Source: an uncultured Candidatus Saccharibacteria bacterium
GTDB taxonomy: Bacteria > Patescibacteriota > Minisyncoccia > Phycocordibacterales > CSBR16-119
NCBI GenBank assembly: GCA_964531475.1
Contig: CAZHCS010000002.1
Location: forward strand, 4,548 to 68,547
Direction of reading: 5' to 3'
DNA length: 64,000 nucleotides
The translations under genes and the position numbers were made by a program. This document shows, in pieces, positions 55,195 through 64,000 of this stretch. The notes beneath the pieces are model-generated. The model saw nothing but the letters and a program-made list of their open reading frames with translations, did not search any database and was not told where the DNA came from. Within the stretch, counting starts at the first letter, position 1; each line of letters starts with the position of its first letter.

Positions 55195-55716
55195 CTACAT
55201 CTTCCTCGTATCATACGCCCAGTGAAGTAACGCCTGACGTTGGCGGGGACGGCACGTAGCGTCGCCCGGGCGGCAATTGGCCGCGATTTGGCCAAGGTGC
55301 CGGCGGATGGCATTCCAGCGTTTGATCTGCCGTGCGTCTTCCTTGGGGATCCTGCGGCCCATGTAATAGCGGCAATACCATTGGAACCAGCCGCGAGGGT
55401 CGTCACGGTAAATCCAGCCCTTTCGGCGCCATTCGGCGAGCGGCTGGCTTGCGTTCACTTTGAAATGATTGAGCTTGGCGTCGCGCTTGCCTTCGCCCGG
55501 CTTGCCAGGCGCAAACTTGGCTTTCGTGAACCACGATTTCGGGAATTCCTTGGTGCAGTCGCGCATGTAGATGCCGCCGAAGACGCCGATGGCGAGCATC
55601 TCGGCTGGAGTCAAATCCGGCCGGAAATCCGGCGAGAAATTCTTTCCGGCCGGTTCGGTCAGTTCGTATTCGTAACCCTTTTGCATCAGGTCATTGACGA
55701 CAACACGTTTTTTCAT
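55195..55716 (-). CDS. Conserved hypothetical protein (Trp/Arg-rich motif GWIYRDDPRGWFQWYCRYYMGRR)
   Basis: 173-aa ORF; family not recognised. Confidence 0.45.
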   Translation of the reverse strand: MKKRVVVNDLMQKGYEYELTEPAGKNFSPDFRPDLTPAEMLAIGVFGGIYMRDCTKEFPKSWFTKAKFAPGKPGEGKRDAKLNHFKVNASQPLAEWRRKGWIYRDDPRGWFQWYCRYYMGRRIPKEDARQIKRWNAIRRHLGQIAANCRPGDATCRPRQRQALLHWAYDTRKM

Positions 55717-55781
55717 AGGCTCATTTTAGCATTTTTCCAGTGTGTTAAAATAATCAGGTTAATAGTTTAGTAAAAAGAATA

Positions 55782-56456
55782 ATGAAACAAGCAATATCGT
55801 TTATCATATTAGTCGCAGTAGTTGTCGTGGGCTTCATGCTCTTGCGTTCACCGGCCGACGCACCAACACAGGAACAGCCGGCCGATCAGGCGCAAAATGC
55901 AGGCACGCAAGCCGGCACCGATATCAACGGCACCAAGACCTTTGACGCTTCGGCAAGTTCGGCCACCTGGACCGGCAAAAAAACTCTCATCAAGGACTAT
56001 TACGACAACGGCACCGTCGGCATCAAATCCGGCAGCGCGACTTTTGTAAACGGTTTGCTAACCGGCGGCATGGTCACTTTTGACATGACGACGATCGCGG
56101 CAACATCGACCGGCAAAGGCGACGGTATGGACAGGCTTTCGGGCCACTTGAAGTCCGACGACTTCTTCGCTGTCGAGACTTACCCTGAAGCGACATTTGT
56201 CATTACTAGTGCCGCACGCGAAACTGACACCACTTACCTGGTAACCGGCGACCTGACTGTCAAAGGTAAAACTGCGCCAGTTAGCTTCCCTGTGGACGTA
56301 ATCGTCGCGGGCGATACGCTGCTCGCAACCGGCGCAGTTACTGTCGACCGTACGGTCTATGACGTCCGCTTTGGTTCGACAAAATTCTTCCAGGACTTGG
56401 GCGACAACGTGATCGCGGACGAGTTTACGCTTGAATTCGAAGCGGTGATGAAATAG
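55782..56456 (+). CDS. YceI-family periplasmic (polyisoprenoid-binding-like) protein
   Basis: N-terminal TM/signal anchor; TGDLTVKGKTAPVSFPVDV...VYDVRFGSTKF. Confidence 0.7.
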   Translation: MKQAISFIILVAVVVVGFMLLRSPADAPTQEQPADQAQNAGTQAGTDINGTKTFDASASSATWTGKKTLIKDYYDNGTVGIKSGSATFVNGLLTGGMVTFDMTTIAATSTGKGDGMDRLSGHLKSDDFFAVETYPEATFVITSAARETDTTYLVTGDLTVKGKTAPVSFPVDVIVAGDTLLATGAVTVDRTVYDVRFGSTKFFQDLGDNVIADEFTLEFEAVMK

Positions 56457-56499
56457 GACGAGATGTAGGAGTATTAAGTAAATAAGTATTAGGTATTAA

Positions 56500-56540
56500 G
56501 AAAACAAACCGCCCTTGGGCGGTTTGTTTTCTTTCCTCTT
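56500..56540. terminator. Bidirectional terminator
   Basis: aaacaaaccgccc-ttg-ggcggtttgtttt. Confidence 0.65.
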
Positions 56541-56549
56541 TGCGGAGCG

Positions 56550-56918
56550 TCAGTACATTGCAAGCGCCATAATCATCATGAGCGCGCCAACCAGTGCAGA
56601 ATTCTTGGTAAAGTTTATGCGTTCAGACATCTTGTGAAGAGGGTCCGCGACTTTCCAGAAAGGATGCATGACGAGACTAACCCCGACCAAAAATATGACC
56701 AGGAGCGCGAGACCGATGACGATGCCGATACCGGTCAAGACCGACAAGCCGCCGATGAGCATCATGACGCCGGTCATAAATACGGCGATTTTCGGATGTG
56801 GAACTTTTTTCGAAGCCGCGTAGCCAGTCAAGGCTTCGGAGGCTGTAAAGTGGTTGTAAGCGTTGTAGACGAAGTACCCGCCAAGAAGTAATCGTCCGAT
56901 CAAAAATAGTGCTTCCAT
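56550..56918 (-). CDS. DoxX-family membrane protein
   Basis: 4 TM helices; LIGRLLLGGYFVYNAYNHF typical DoxX N-terminus. Confidence 0.75.
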   Translation of the reverse strand: MEALFLIGRLLLGGYFVYNAYNHFTASEALTGYAASKKVPHPKIAVFMTGVMMLIGGLSVLTGIGIVIGLALLVIFLVGVSLVMHPFWKVADPLHKMSERINFTKNSALVGALMMIMALAMY

Positions 56919-56987
56919 TGGATGAAAATTATCTGATAATCCCTACCTCCGCATCTTATCACAAAAAGAAAAGGGCCCGAAGGCCCT

Positions 56988-57515
56988 TTACTTTTTATCA
57001 GACTTGCGGACAAGAAGGCTGTGCAACTTGACCGTGGAAGTACGCTGAGGTTTTTTTATGGAACAATCCGCACTGTCAAAACCCGGACGACACTTATTGG
57101 CCAAGACCTCCAGATGCCACTCTACACGCAGAGCAAAATCAGACTTCACTACAATACGAAACAAGTGGTCCCTCTCTCCGGCGCCCTTGCAGTTGAAATG
57201 GTGGTATGTCGACCTGTCCGCGCAAAAAAGATTTGTCACCCTTGCGACAGGACCAGAGTTTCTTTCGAAGAAACCGAGCCCTACGAGTGCGTGATGAAAT
57301 CTGACAATCAAGAAGCCCCTCACCAGAGAAATCTCCCTTCTTCTGCTCTTCTCAAAAAGAGCACGGTACGGTATGTCTTCCTGAGTAAGCTCTTCCAGAC
57401 AAGCTATAACTGTGGAAGCAAAGAGATGTTCGAAGTGTCCCTCTTGGTAAATATTCCTTAGAATTTTCCCCTTATCATCCCAGACAGTGAAATCCTTACC
57501 GAGTACTATATCCAT
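56988..57515 (-). CDS. Hypothetical protein
   Basis: 175-aa ORF; no family assigned. Confidence 0.35.
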   Translation of the reverse strand: MDIVLGKDFTVWDDKGKILRNIYQEGHFEHLFASTVIACLEELTQEDIPYRALFEKSRRREISLVRGFLIVRFHHALVGLGFFERNSGPVARVTNLFCADRSTYHHFNCKGAGERDHLFRIVVKSDFALRVEWHLEVLANKCRPGFDSADCSIKKPQRTSTVKLHSLLVRKSDKK

Positions 57516-57585
57516 GGCAATGTGTTTTTTCTGAGATTACAGGTGCCAAGGCATTGTGTCAATATATAAAAAGAAAAGTCCGAGA

Positions 57586-57900
57586 TCATCGGACTTTCTT
57601 CTTTGGTATGAAATTGACGCCATCTTTTGTTTCCACCATGCAATAACGTTCCAATAAGTATGCCGGAACATGCACTTCACGGAAAGCCTCATAGCTCACC
57701 CGTTGGAACACGTCTCGCATGTCAGCTGGTGGAGTCGGTTGAATTAAGTCGGCAATGGTTCGGCTTGTCATTGAATCAAGGTTTGAAGAGACAATATCAG
57801 AAAGAATCTTTTGGAACAAGTAAAAACAAAAGAGCCCCGACATGTCGGGGCTCTCTTCCTCTTGGCTTTTTAGGCGGAGGAAACTTCTTGTTGGCTCCAA
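57586..57900 (-). CDS. Hypothetical protein
   Basis: 104-aa ORF; no family assigned. Confidence 0.3.
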   Translation of the reverse strand: MEPTRSFLRLKSQEEESPDMSGLFCFYLFQKILSDIVSSNLDSMTSRTIADLIQPTPPADMRDVFQRVSYEAFREVHVPAYLLERYCMVETKDGVNFIPKKKVR

Positions 57901-58160
57901 TCGACTTATCGACTGGTGTTGTGCCCTGCTTTGGATGGGTGCAGTAACCCATTGCTATAAGATCAGTCCTGGGCGCGGTTCTTCTTGTTGTTGTTCATCA
58001 GGGACGTACCCTGGAAATTCGCCACCGTCGGAGGCGATTCGAACGTGTGTTTCTTCATGTGCTGGACGATTTAGTGTCCGCTTTTTATTTTACCCGAATC
58101 GAGAAGGTTTGCAAGACCAAAAACAAAAGCCCCGCGCAAGGCGAGGCTTTCGTATGTACC

Positions 58161-58487
58161 CTAAGGTATAGGGCGGTATGCGAGCCAGGAGATGGCTTCA
58201 GTACAAACACCACTAATCCAAATGAATCCGTTAGAACAAAGCATGCCAATGAAAGGCGCCGAAGAAATTGAGCTTGTCACCAGTAATGAGATGGCGAGGT
58301 CTTGGACTACATCCAGGAACCAAAACTCGTACTTCTTCCCCGACGACTCATCATCGCCATCACCCCACGGATCCTGTCCTGGGCGCCGAGGTGGCCGCGG
58401 CGGGCCACCATGGCTTTTCATACGCTCTCGTATTTGCTGCCGATGAAGCCTGACGCCGGCAGAAAGCCGTATTCGTGTAGCTATCAT
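58161..58487 (-). CDS. Possible small protein (Pro/Gly-rich N-terminus, hydrophobic C-terminal half) followed by an intrinsic terminator
   Basis: 108-aa ORF 45 nt after the dut stop; terminator-like gcctcgc-cttgc-gcggggc plus TTTTGTTTTTG at 58108-58140 on the minus strand. Confidence 0.25.
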   Translation of the reverse strand: MIATRIRLSAGVRLHRQQIRERMKSHGGPPRPPRRPGQDPWGDGDDESSGKKYEFWFLDVVQDLAISLLVTSSISSAPFIGMLCSNGFIWISGVCTEAISWLAYRPIP

Positions 58488-58531
58488 GTGCTATTTATTT
58501 TAAAACAGCATACGCCCGACGCCGACGAGTG

Positions 58532-58957
58532 TCAATTCTTTCCTGTCGAGCCTTCCCTACCCGCGCCACGCGCCGTATCCGAAAGCTCGTCCACTTCGAC
58601 AAGATCGCAGTCTTCGAATTTTTGGATAATCATCTGGGTAAACTTCTGTCCGGCTTCGATGACTTGTTCTTTGTCGGACGTATTCACAAGCGACGCGACA
58701 AACTCACCACGAAAACCGCTGTCAATGACGCCGCCCATGATTTTCAAACCCTGATTAAACGAGACACTCGATTTGTCCCACACTAGCCCTACATAGCCAA
58801 GCGGGATTTCAAGCGCGATTCCTGTCCGGACCCGCATCTGCCCGCCTGGTGTAAACACGACTTTTTCCAAAGCAAAGAAATCAATCCCAGCATCGCCCGC
58901 GTGCCCCTTTGCCGGCATCTTGGCCCGAGCGTCTAAGCGTTTCCATTGGAGTTCCAT
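58532..58957 (-). CDS. dut: dUTP diphosphatase
   Basis: AGDAGIDFFA, RTGIALEIPLGYVGLVWDKSS, GGVIDSGFRGE; start taken at MELQW (the track ORF extends to 59017). Confidence 0.85.
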   Translation of the reverse strand: MELQWKRLDARAKMPAKGHAGDAGIDFFALEKVVFTPGGQMRVRTGIALEIPLGYVGLVWDKSSVSFNQGLKIMGGVIDSGFRGEFVASLVNTSDKEQVIEAGQKFTQMIIQKFEDCDLVEVDELSDTARGAGREGSTGKN

Positions 58958-58995
58958 AACACTGATTTTAGCATAATTGCAGGTAAGCATTTTAG

Positions 58996-59607
58996 ATGCT
59001 AATATCGACGAAACCACTGAACCCTACAATCATGTCTATCGTAGCTTACGACCAGAACAGGACCAATGAACAACACGACAAGGTCACGAGTGAGGCACTT
59101 AAGCTCGCTCGGGATAAAAATGACGATTACGGATCGTCTTGGACAATCCTAAGACTATCTTCAGTAACCGCTCAGGCCTTTGCAAAAGCATTGAGGATCA
59201 GATCCATACAGGATGCCGGGAAACAGGAAGTCGCGGATTCAATACGGAGCGATTTCATCGGCATTATGAACTATGCGGCAATGGGATTGGCTCTCATGGA
59301 ACCGAACGTCGCGAATGACTTCCATCTGTCCAAGGAACGACAGAACGAACTATTGACCAACGCGATGAGCAAAGCGCGCGCCCTGATGATCAAGAAGAAT
59401 CACGACTATGGCGAAGCATTTCGCATCTTCGAGATCAGTGCTCTGCTCGACCTGATACTCCAGCGACTTGTCCGAATGAAAGCCATGCATGAGCGCAACA
59501 GCATGACCAAGGTTTCCGAAGGCCTGGATCAAAACTATTGCGACCTGATCAACTACGCGGTTTTCTGCGTCATTCGGCTCGACGAAGGCGCTGACCAGAT
59601 GAAGTAG
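58996..59607 (+). CDS. DUF1599-like protein (two helical repeats each with KNxDYG), recalled as a nucleotide-modification-associated family
   Basis: KNDDYGSSW and KNHDYGEAF repeats; neighbours dut and thyA; the true start may be MSIVAY at about 59032. Confidence 0.5.
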   Translation: MLISTKPLNPTIMSIVAYDQNRTNEQHDKVTSEALKLARDKNDDYGSSWTILRLSSVTAQAFAKALRIRSIQDAGKQEVADSIRSDFIGIMNYAAMGLALMEPNVANDFHLSKERQNELLTNAMSKARALMIKKNHDYGEAFRIFEISALLDLILQRLVRMKAMHERNSMTKVSEGLDQNYCDLINYAVFCVIRLDEGADQMK

Positions 59608-59617
59608 CTCTTTCGAG

Positions 59618-59650
59618 AACGCCCCCACGTCATGACGTGGGGGCTTTTTC
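59618..59650 (+). terminator. Rho-independent terminator
   Basis: gcccccacgtcatgacgtgggggc followed by TTTTTC. Confidence 0.65.
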
Positions 59651-59721
59651 ATGCCTTTTGACACCTTTGACTTCCTCCCCCGCTTCGGGTAGGTTTAGGT
59701 AAACCAACACTGACCTTTAAC

Positions 59722-60657
59722 ATGGAAGCGATTCTTTTCGATCCAAACAGAGACGGATACCCGAACCGCGGACACGCAGATCACGAATATCTGCCGTGGG
59801 TTCGGGAACTCCTGCGGATACATGATGAAGACCCTGAGGGAAACCTTTTGGGCAACCGCACCGGTACCGGCACCTATGGCATCTTCGGGGCACGAATGGT
59901 CTTTGACCTCAAGCTCGGCTTCCCGCTCCTGACCACGAAGAAAGTTCACATGAAGAGTATCATCCATGAACTCCTATGGTTTCTGATGGGTAGTACGAAC
60001 ATCAAGTACTTGCAGGAAAATGGTGTGAAGATCTGGGATGAGTGGGCCGACGAAAACGGCGAACTCGGACCAGTGTATGGTTCGCAGTGGCGGTCGTGGC
60101 CAAATATGGTCTTCAAAGGACCCGACGTGACAGGAATTGATGAGGATATCATGGCAGGCTCAGCAGGCTGGAGGAATAAGCCTATTGATCAGATCAAGAA
60201 CCTCATCGACGGGCTCAAGAAAAACCCCCGCGGCCGTCGTCACATCGTCAGTGCCTGGAATCCCGCCGAGATCGACCAGATGAAACTGCCGCCATGCCAC
60301 TGCCTGTTCCAGTTCTTTGTCGACAAAGACAACAACCTGTCCTGCCAGCTTTATCAAAGGAGCTGCGACAGCTTCCTCGGCGTTCCTTTCAACATCGCAT
60401 CCTATGCGCTCCTCACTATGATGGTCGCGCAGGTCTGTGACATGAAGCCCGGTCACTTCGTCCACACATTCGGCGATTTCCACTTGTATGCGGACCACGT
60501 CGAACAGGCACGACTCCAGCTCACGCGCGAACCGAGGCCCCTTCCGCGGATGATCATCAATCCTAAAGTGAAAGACATCTTTGGCTTCAAGTTCGAAGAT
60601 TTCAAGCTAGAGGGCTACGATCCACATCCGAAGATCGAGGCGAAGGTCGCGGTATGA
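59722..60657 (+). CDS. thyA: Thymidylate synthase (ThyA) with an approximately 20-aa insertion and N-terminal extension
   Basis: [42 protein letters not shown], catalytic [48 protein letters not shown]. Confidence 0.9.
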   Translation: MEAILFDPNRDGYPNRGHADHEYLPWVRELLRIHDEDPEGNLLGNRTGTGTYGIFGARMVFDLKLGFPLLTTKKVHMKSIIHELLWFLMGSTNIKYLQENGVKIWDEWADENGELGPVYGSQWRSWPNMVFKGPDVTGIDEDIMAGSAGWRNKPIDQIKNLIDGLKKNPRGRRHIVSAWNPAEIDQMKLPPCHCLFQFFVDKDNNLSCQLYQRSCDSFLGVPFNIASYALLTMMVAQVCDMKPGHFVHTFGDFHLYADHVEQARLQLTREPRPLPRMIINPKVKDIFGFKFEDFKLEGYDPHPKIEAKVAV

Positions 60658-60663
60658 ACATTC

Positions 60664-60705
60664 CAAAGCACAAAGCCCCCACGCATGCGTGGGGGCTTTC
60701 GCTAT
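60664..60705. terminator. Bidirectional terminator between thyA and dcd
   Basis: agcccccacg-catg-cgtgggggct. Confidence 0.6.
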
Positions 60706-61790
60706 TTGAACTGCTTACCAAGCTTCGGGCCAACCTGGTCTACATAGTTCGAACTCTTCTCGGTGTACGGTTTTTCAGCCGGCGCCGCCATCGCTTCGTA
60801 AACGATCCGCGCAACTGGCTGATCGACTCGCAGATACATCGGTGCGAACGGCTGGACTTCGAGCGTAAGCGTCGAACCATTACTGCCTCCCCACCCGTCA
60901 TCGATATAGCCCGCGAAATGGCTCCGAAAATTACCAACGCGGTCATCCATGGCCCGCATCTCGCAGGCATGAGTGATCGGCACGCGTACTCCTTCGATGC
61001 TCGAGAGGATATAGAAGTGATCCCTTTCAAGAAAGAGTCGGCCGTCAGTCGGCAGTGGTATCGCTCTCCAGAACACGGTCCGATCGAGACCCTTGGCTGC
61101 CATGTCGAGTACCGCATGCGTCGCGATGGCCTCGTACCCGACGATATCAGACGCAAGATCGATAGCAAGCGACACTGAGCCGTCGTAATCAGCGACATCA
61201 GAAAGTGGTATCGGTGACCCGTCGGGTTTGAAGAGTATCGACCCAGCCGACTTCTCCATGGCGAGCAAGGCTTCCTTATCCCTGATCCGCGTATCGCTTG
61301 AAAAGAAGCGGATCTGATTGAGTGGCAATCCGTCGTAAAGAAGCGTCATGAACGCGAACGGCTTTACCTCGAGCCAAACATCGCCTTCGTAACCAGGCGG
61401 TATCGTATCGTAAGCTGGTACCCCATCAGCCAAAAGTCGTACGTGCATTCCGCTGCGCCCCGTCGTTGACTTCGGATTGCCGTAAGCATAGACGTTTTTG
61501 GGCAGCTTGAACCTCTCGTTCAAACGCACAACATATGTCAGCCCGCGCTGAAGCGGATTGGCGATATTGTGACGCGAACGAGGAATGCTTTTGAGAAGAT
61601 TGCGGATCGATTCCCCTTGGCGAGGCATCGGTAAGGCCGACACCATGTATATCTCGGTAGAGACTGTGGTATCGAGTGAACTCGACCCAACCATGGAAGC
61701 GCAGGCCCGATCAATACAACCTTCGCGAATGAGTTCGCGGATATAGGTGTCAGGCAGAACGCCTTTCAAGGTACTGTAATCTGTCATCAT
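60702..61790 (-). CDS. dcd: Long-form 2'-deoxycytidine 5'-triphosphate deaminase (DCD family, about 360 aa)
   Basis: 362-aa protein matching the long DCD-type dCTP deaminase architecture; sits in a dTMP-synthesis context. Confidence 0.6.
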   Translation of the reverse strand: MMTDYSTLKGVLPDTYIRELIREGCIDRACASMVGSSSLDTTVSTEIYMVSALPMPRQGESIRNLLKSIPRSRHNIANPLQRGLTYVVRLNERFKLPKNVYAYGNPKSTTGRSGMHVRLLADGVPAYDTIPPGYEGDVWLEVKPFAFMTLLYDGLPLNQIRFFSSDTRIRDKEALLAMEKSAGSILFKPDGSPIPLSDVADYDGSVSLAIDLASDIVGYEAIATHAVLDMAAKGLDRTVFWRAIPLPTDGRLFLERDHFYILSSIEGVRVPITHACEMRAMDDRVGNFRSHFAGYIDDGWGGSNGSTLTLEVQPFAPMYLRVDQPVARIVYEAMAAPAEKPYTEKSSNYVDQVGPKLGKQFK

Positions 61791-61892
61791 AGTCTATTGT
61801 TTTTTCTAGAGCCTACACCTTTCACACCTAGTACGCAACCCATGGACAAAGGGTTAGGAAAAGGCTATAACAGGGCAAACAAAACCAAGTAC

Positions 61893-62453
61893 ATGCCACA
61901 TCCAGAAATCATCGCTATCGCCTGTATCAGGAAACACGACCAGGCTATTGGCCGAAATAACGGACTCTTGTTTCGGATCAAAGAAGACATGAAGTTCTTC
62001 GTAAACTGGACAACGGGTCACACTGTCATCATGGGTCGCAATAACTGGGACTCCATCCCGCCGCAATACCGGCCACTTAGGGACCGCTTGAACATAGTCC
62101 TATCACGGCGCATTGACACCAGGTTCCCCGAAGGAGTCTTCAAGGCCAACACGCTCGAAGCGGCCATCGGGCTCGCCACGGTGAAAAAGCATGGCAATAT
62201 CTTCATCATCGGCGGCGGCCAGGTCTACCAAGAAGCCTTGCGAAAAAAACTTGTCGACCTGGTCGTACTAACTGTCGTAAACGACCCGGAAGGCGAAGAC
62301 AATAGTGTGGCGGATACGTTCTTCGCGCCCAATCACGAGTGGAAGAACGACTTCGAGCCGGCAGAGGAGAAAGGCGTATTCAAGAGAGTGCGCGACCACA
62401 CAGGGAAATTCTTTGAGAGGATTCCTGTACTTGTGTATCGTCGCAGGGAGTAA
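61893..62453 (+). CDS. folA: Dihydrofolate reductase
   Basis: IIAIACIRKHDQAIGRNNGLLF...VIMGRNNWDSIP...IFIIGGGQVYQEAL; the ATG at 61893 fits the family better than the ORF start at 61797. Confidence 0.85.
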   Translation: MPHPEIIAIACIRKHDQAIGRNNGLLFRIKEDMKFFVNWTTGHTVIMGRNNWDSIPPQYRPLRDRLNIVLSRRIDTRFPEGVFKANTLEAAIGLATVKKHGNIFIIGGGQVYQEALRKKLVDLVVLTVVNDPEGEDNSVADTFFAPNHEWKNDFEPAEEKGVFKRVRDHTGKFFERIPVLVYRRRE

Positions 62454-62456
62454 ACA

Positions 62457-62530
62457 AGCGCGGGGGCCTATGGCCCCCGCGCTTTCTTATTCCAAAAGAA
62501 AAAGCTCCACGAGGTGGTGTGGAGCTTTTT
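62457..62530 (+). terminator. Two tandem terminator hairpins after folA
   Basis: gcgcgggggcc-tat-ggcccccgcgc plus tcttatt; agctccac-gaggtggtg-tggagct plus ttttc. Confidence 0.6.
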
Positions 62531-62757
62531 CGGGAACAGTGGATATCCAGCTAGGTCAGCGATGGTACCACGATTGGGACACCCACGCTGTTCGCGAACT
62601 TGATCTCCGCAAGCATGTGACCCCGCCTCATGAGTCCAGATATGGCATCGGCGGCTGCTTGTTGCTTGGACGCTTTCTTACCGGCAGTTTTCGTTCCCAT
62701 TGATAGTACGGTTTTGGTTTAAATTCAATACTACGCCTAAAATAAAATGTGTCAACC

Positions 62758-62822
62758 CTCACACCTACTTTTTGATCGCGCCAAAGGCGCTTGGCGGAGC
62801 CCATCAAAAAGTGGGTGTGGAG
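62758..62822. repeat. Palindromic repeat element, copy 3
   Basis: ctcacacctactttttgat-cgcgccaaaggcgc...-atcaaaaagtgggtgtggag. Confidence 0.7.
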
Positions 62823-62972
62823 ACAAACCCCTTCCCCCTCCCAGCGAAGCAGACACGTCATTAAAAAGGGCTTACCGCAGGCGCGTGTTTACAAACGCGC
62901 CGAGGTAGAGGAAAGCCCGCCTTATGAATGGCGGGTTATTCCGTGCCTTTTTAATGATGTGGCTGCGAAGCG

Positions 62973-63404
62973 CTACTTTACTTCTATACCCATCGACCTG
63001 CACTGCCCTTCCAAAATCTTCACGGCAGCGTCAACGGAATTTGCCGACAAATCATTCATTTTTACTTCGGCGATCTCGGCAAGCTTGGCGCGAGTGATGC
63101 TGCCGGCCTTTTTCGTGGCGTTCTTTCCAGAACCCTTTTCAAGTCCAGCTGCTTTTAGAATCATAGGTCCTGTAAGCGGGGTTTTAGCGTCAAACTCGTA
63201 AGTGCGGTCTTCAAAGACGCGAAGCTTGACCGAAACCTTGCCCATACCCATCATGCCCTTTGTGCGATCATTGAATTCGGTCACAAAAGCGGCAATAGGA
63301 ATACCGGCCTGACCAATAGCGGGTCCGACTGGAGGAGCCGGGGTCGCGCGGCCAGCCTCGATCTGTAATTTAACGTTTTTTACTACTTTCTTTTTGGATG
63401 CCAT
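62973..63404 (-). CDS. rplK: 50S ribosomal protein L11
   Basis: VKLQIEAGRATPAPPVGPAIGQAGIPIAAFVTEFNDRTK. Confidence 0.95.
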   Translation of the reverse strand: MASKKKVVKNVKLQIEAGRATPAPPVGPAIGQAGIPIAAFVTEFNDRTKGMMGMGKVSVKLRVFEDRTYEFDAKTPLTGPMILKAAGLEKGSGKNATKKAGSITRAKLAEIAEVKMNDLSANSVDAAVKILEGQCRSMGIEVK

Positions 63405-63422
63405 AGGTGGGGATAGATTAGC

Positions 63423-63971
63423 TTAAATTTTACGAACTTGCAAGAAGTCCAATTCGACCGGCGTTTCTCGTCCGAACATAGACACCAAGACGTTGATCTT
63501 GCCACGTTCGGCGTCGATTTGGTTGACCTTGCCTTCTAGGTCTTTGAACGGGCCATCGACTATCTTGACCGTCTCACCAATAACCATATCGATGTCATGT
63601 TTTGCACCGTCATCTTTCTTCATGCGGCCAAGAAGCATGTCTATTTCTGCCGGAGATACCGGTACAGGGTTTACACCAGCACCAACGAACCCTGTTACGC
63701 GCGGAGTGTTACGAACAACATACCACGAGTCATCGGTCACTATCATGTCTACCAAAACGTATCCAGGATAAATCTTTTCTTCAACCTCGACACGCTTGTT
63801 GCCTTTGATCTTGATGTTTTTCTCGGTCGGGACGATAACGTCAAAAATGCGGTCCTGCATACCAAGACTTTCAATGCGTTGCTTCAAATTCCTCTCGACG
63901 GCACGTTCATAGCCGGCGTAGGTGTGGATGGCGTACCAATTCCTCTGTCCTGAAAGTTCTTGCTTTGCCAT
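63423..63971 (-). CDS. nusG: Transcription termination/antitermination factor NusG
   Basis: NWYAIHTYAGYERAVERNL (NGN domain), C-terminal KOW ...VKIVDGPFKDLEGKV. Confidence 0.9.
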   Translation of the reverse strand: MAKQELSGQRNWYAIHTYAGYERAVERNLKQRIESLGMQDRIFDVIVPTEKNIKIKGNKRVEVEEKIYPGYVLVDMIVTDDSWYVVRNTPRVTGFVGAGVNPVPVSPAEIDMLLGRMKKDDGAKHDIDMVIGETVKIVDGPFKDLEGKVNQIDAERGKINVLVSMFGRETPVELDFLQVRKI

Positions 63972-64000
63972 ATAAGTTAGATTATCTTCTCCAACAAGCT

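Noticed and set aside
59722-60657. thyA homologue as a dCMP/dUMP hydroxymethylase driving DNA hypermodification
   Set aside because: Catalytic Cys (PPCH) and the uracil-specifying Asn (FNIAS) are retained, and DHFR is adjacent, which is consistent with canonical thymidylate synthase. The hypermodification idea is kept only as a low-probability note tied to the DUF1599-like neighbour.

Overview
The window is a gene-dense bacterial segment, mostly transcribed on the minus strand, with CPR-like features (small genes, TPR-fused O-antigen-ligase-like proteins, weak Shine-Dalgarno sequences). It falls into five parts.

(1) 1-18.6 kb is a large surface-polysaccharide biosynthesis locus: sugar transferase, Wzx flippase, several GT4/GT2 glycosyltransferases, a Wzz-like protein, two Wzy/O-antigen-ligase-like proteins, methyltransferases, a CapD/PseB-like dehydratase and mirrored WbqC + PIG-L deacetylase pairs.

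(2) 18.6-22 kb encodes two secreted surface proteins.

(3) 23.5-52 kb is housekeeping: ftsK, recA, ndk, map, adk, rpsR-ssb-rpsF, tatD, metG, glyQS, recO, ileS, argS and msrA.

(4) 52.5-55 kb holds a complete diversity-generating retroelement (DGR): reverse transcriptase, an inverted Avd gene, a 132-bp TR, a 132-bp VR at the 3' end of a 200-aa target gene, with 19 of 20 mismatches adenine-specific.

(5) 58.5-64 kb is a dTMP-synthesis cluster (dut, DUF1599-like, thyA, long-form dcd, folA) followed by rplK and nusG.

Beyond the genes, the window carries several unexplained conserved non-coding elements. Two roughly 280-nt terminator-ended RNA-like regions share an identical 24-mer. Two copies of a conserved core sit inside covarying terminator-like stems exactly 12 nt after stop codons. 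A roughly 65-bp palindromic element occurs three times. IleRS carries an inserted histidine-phosphatase domain. There are also several long perfect inverted repeats.
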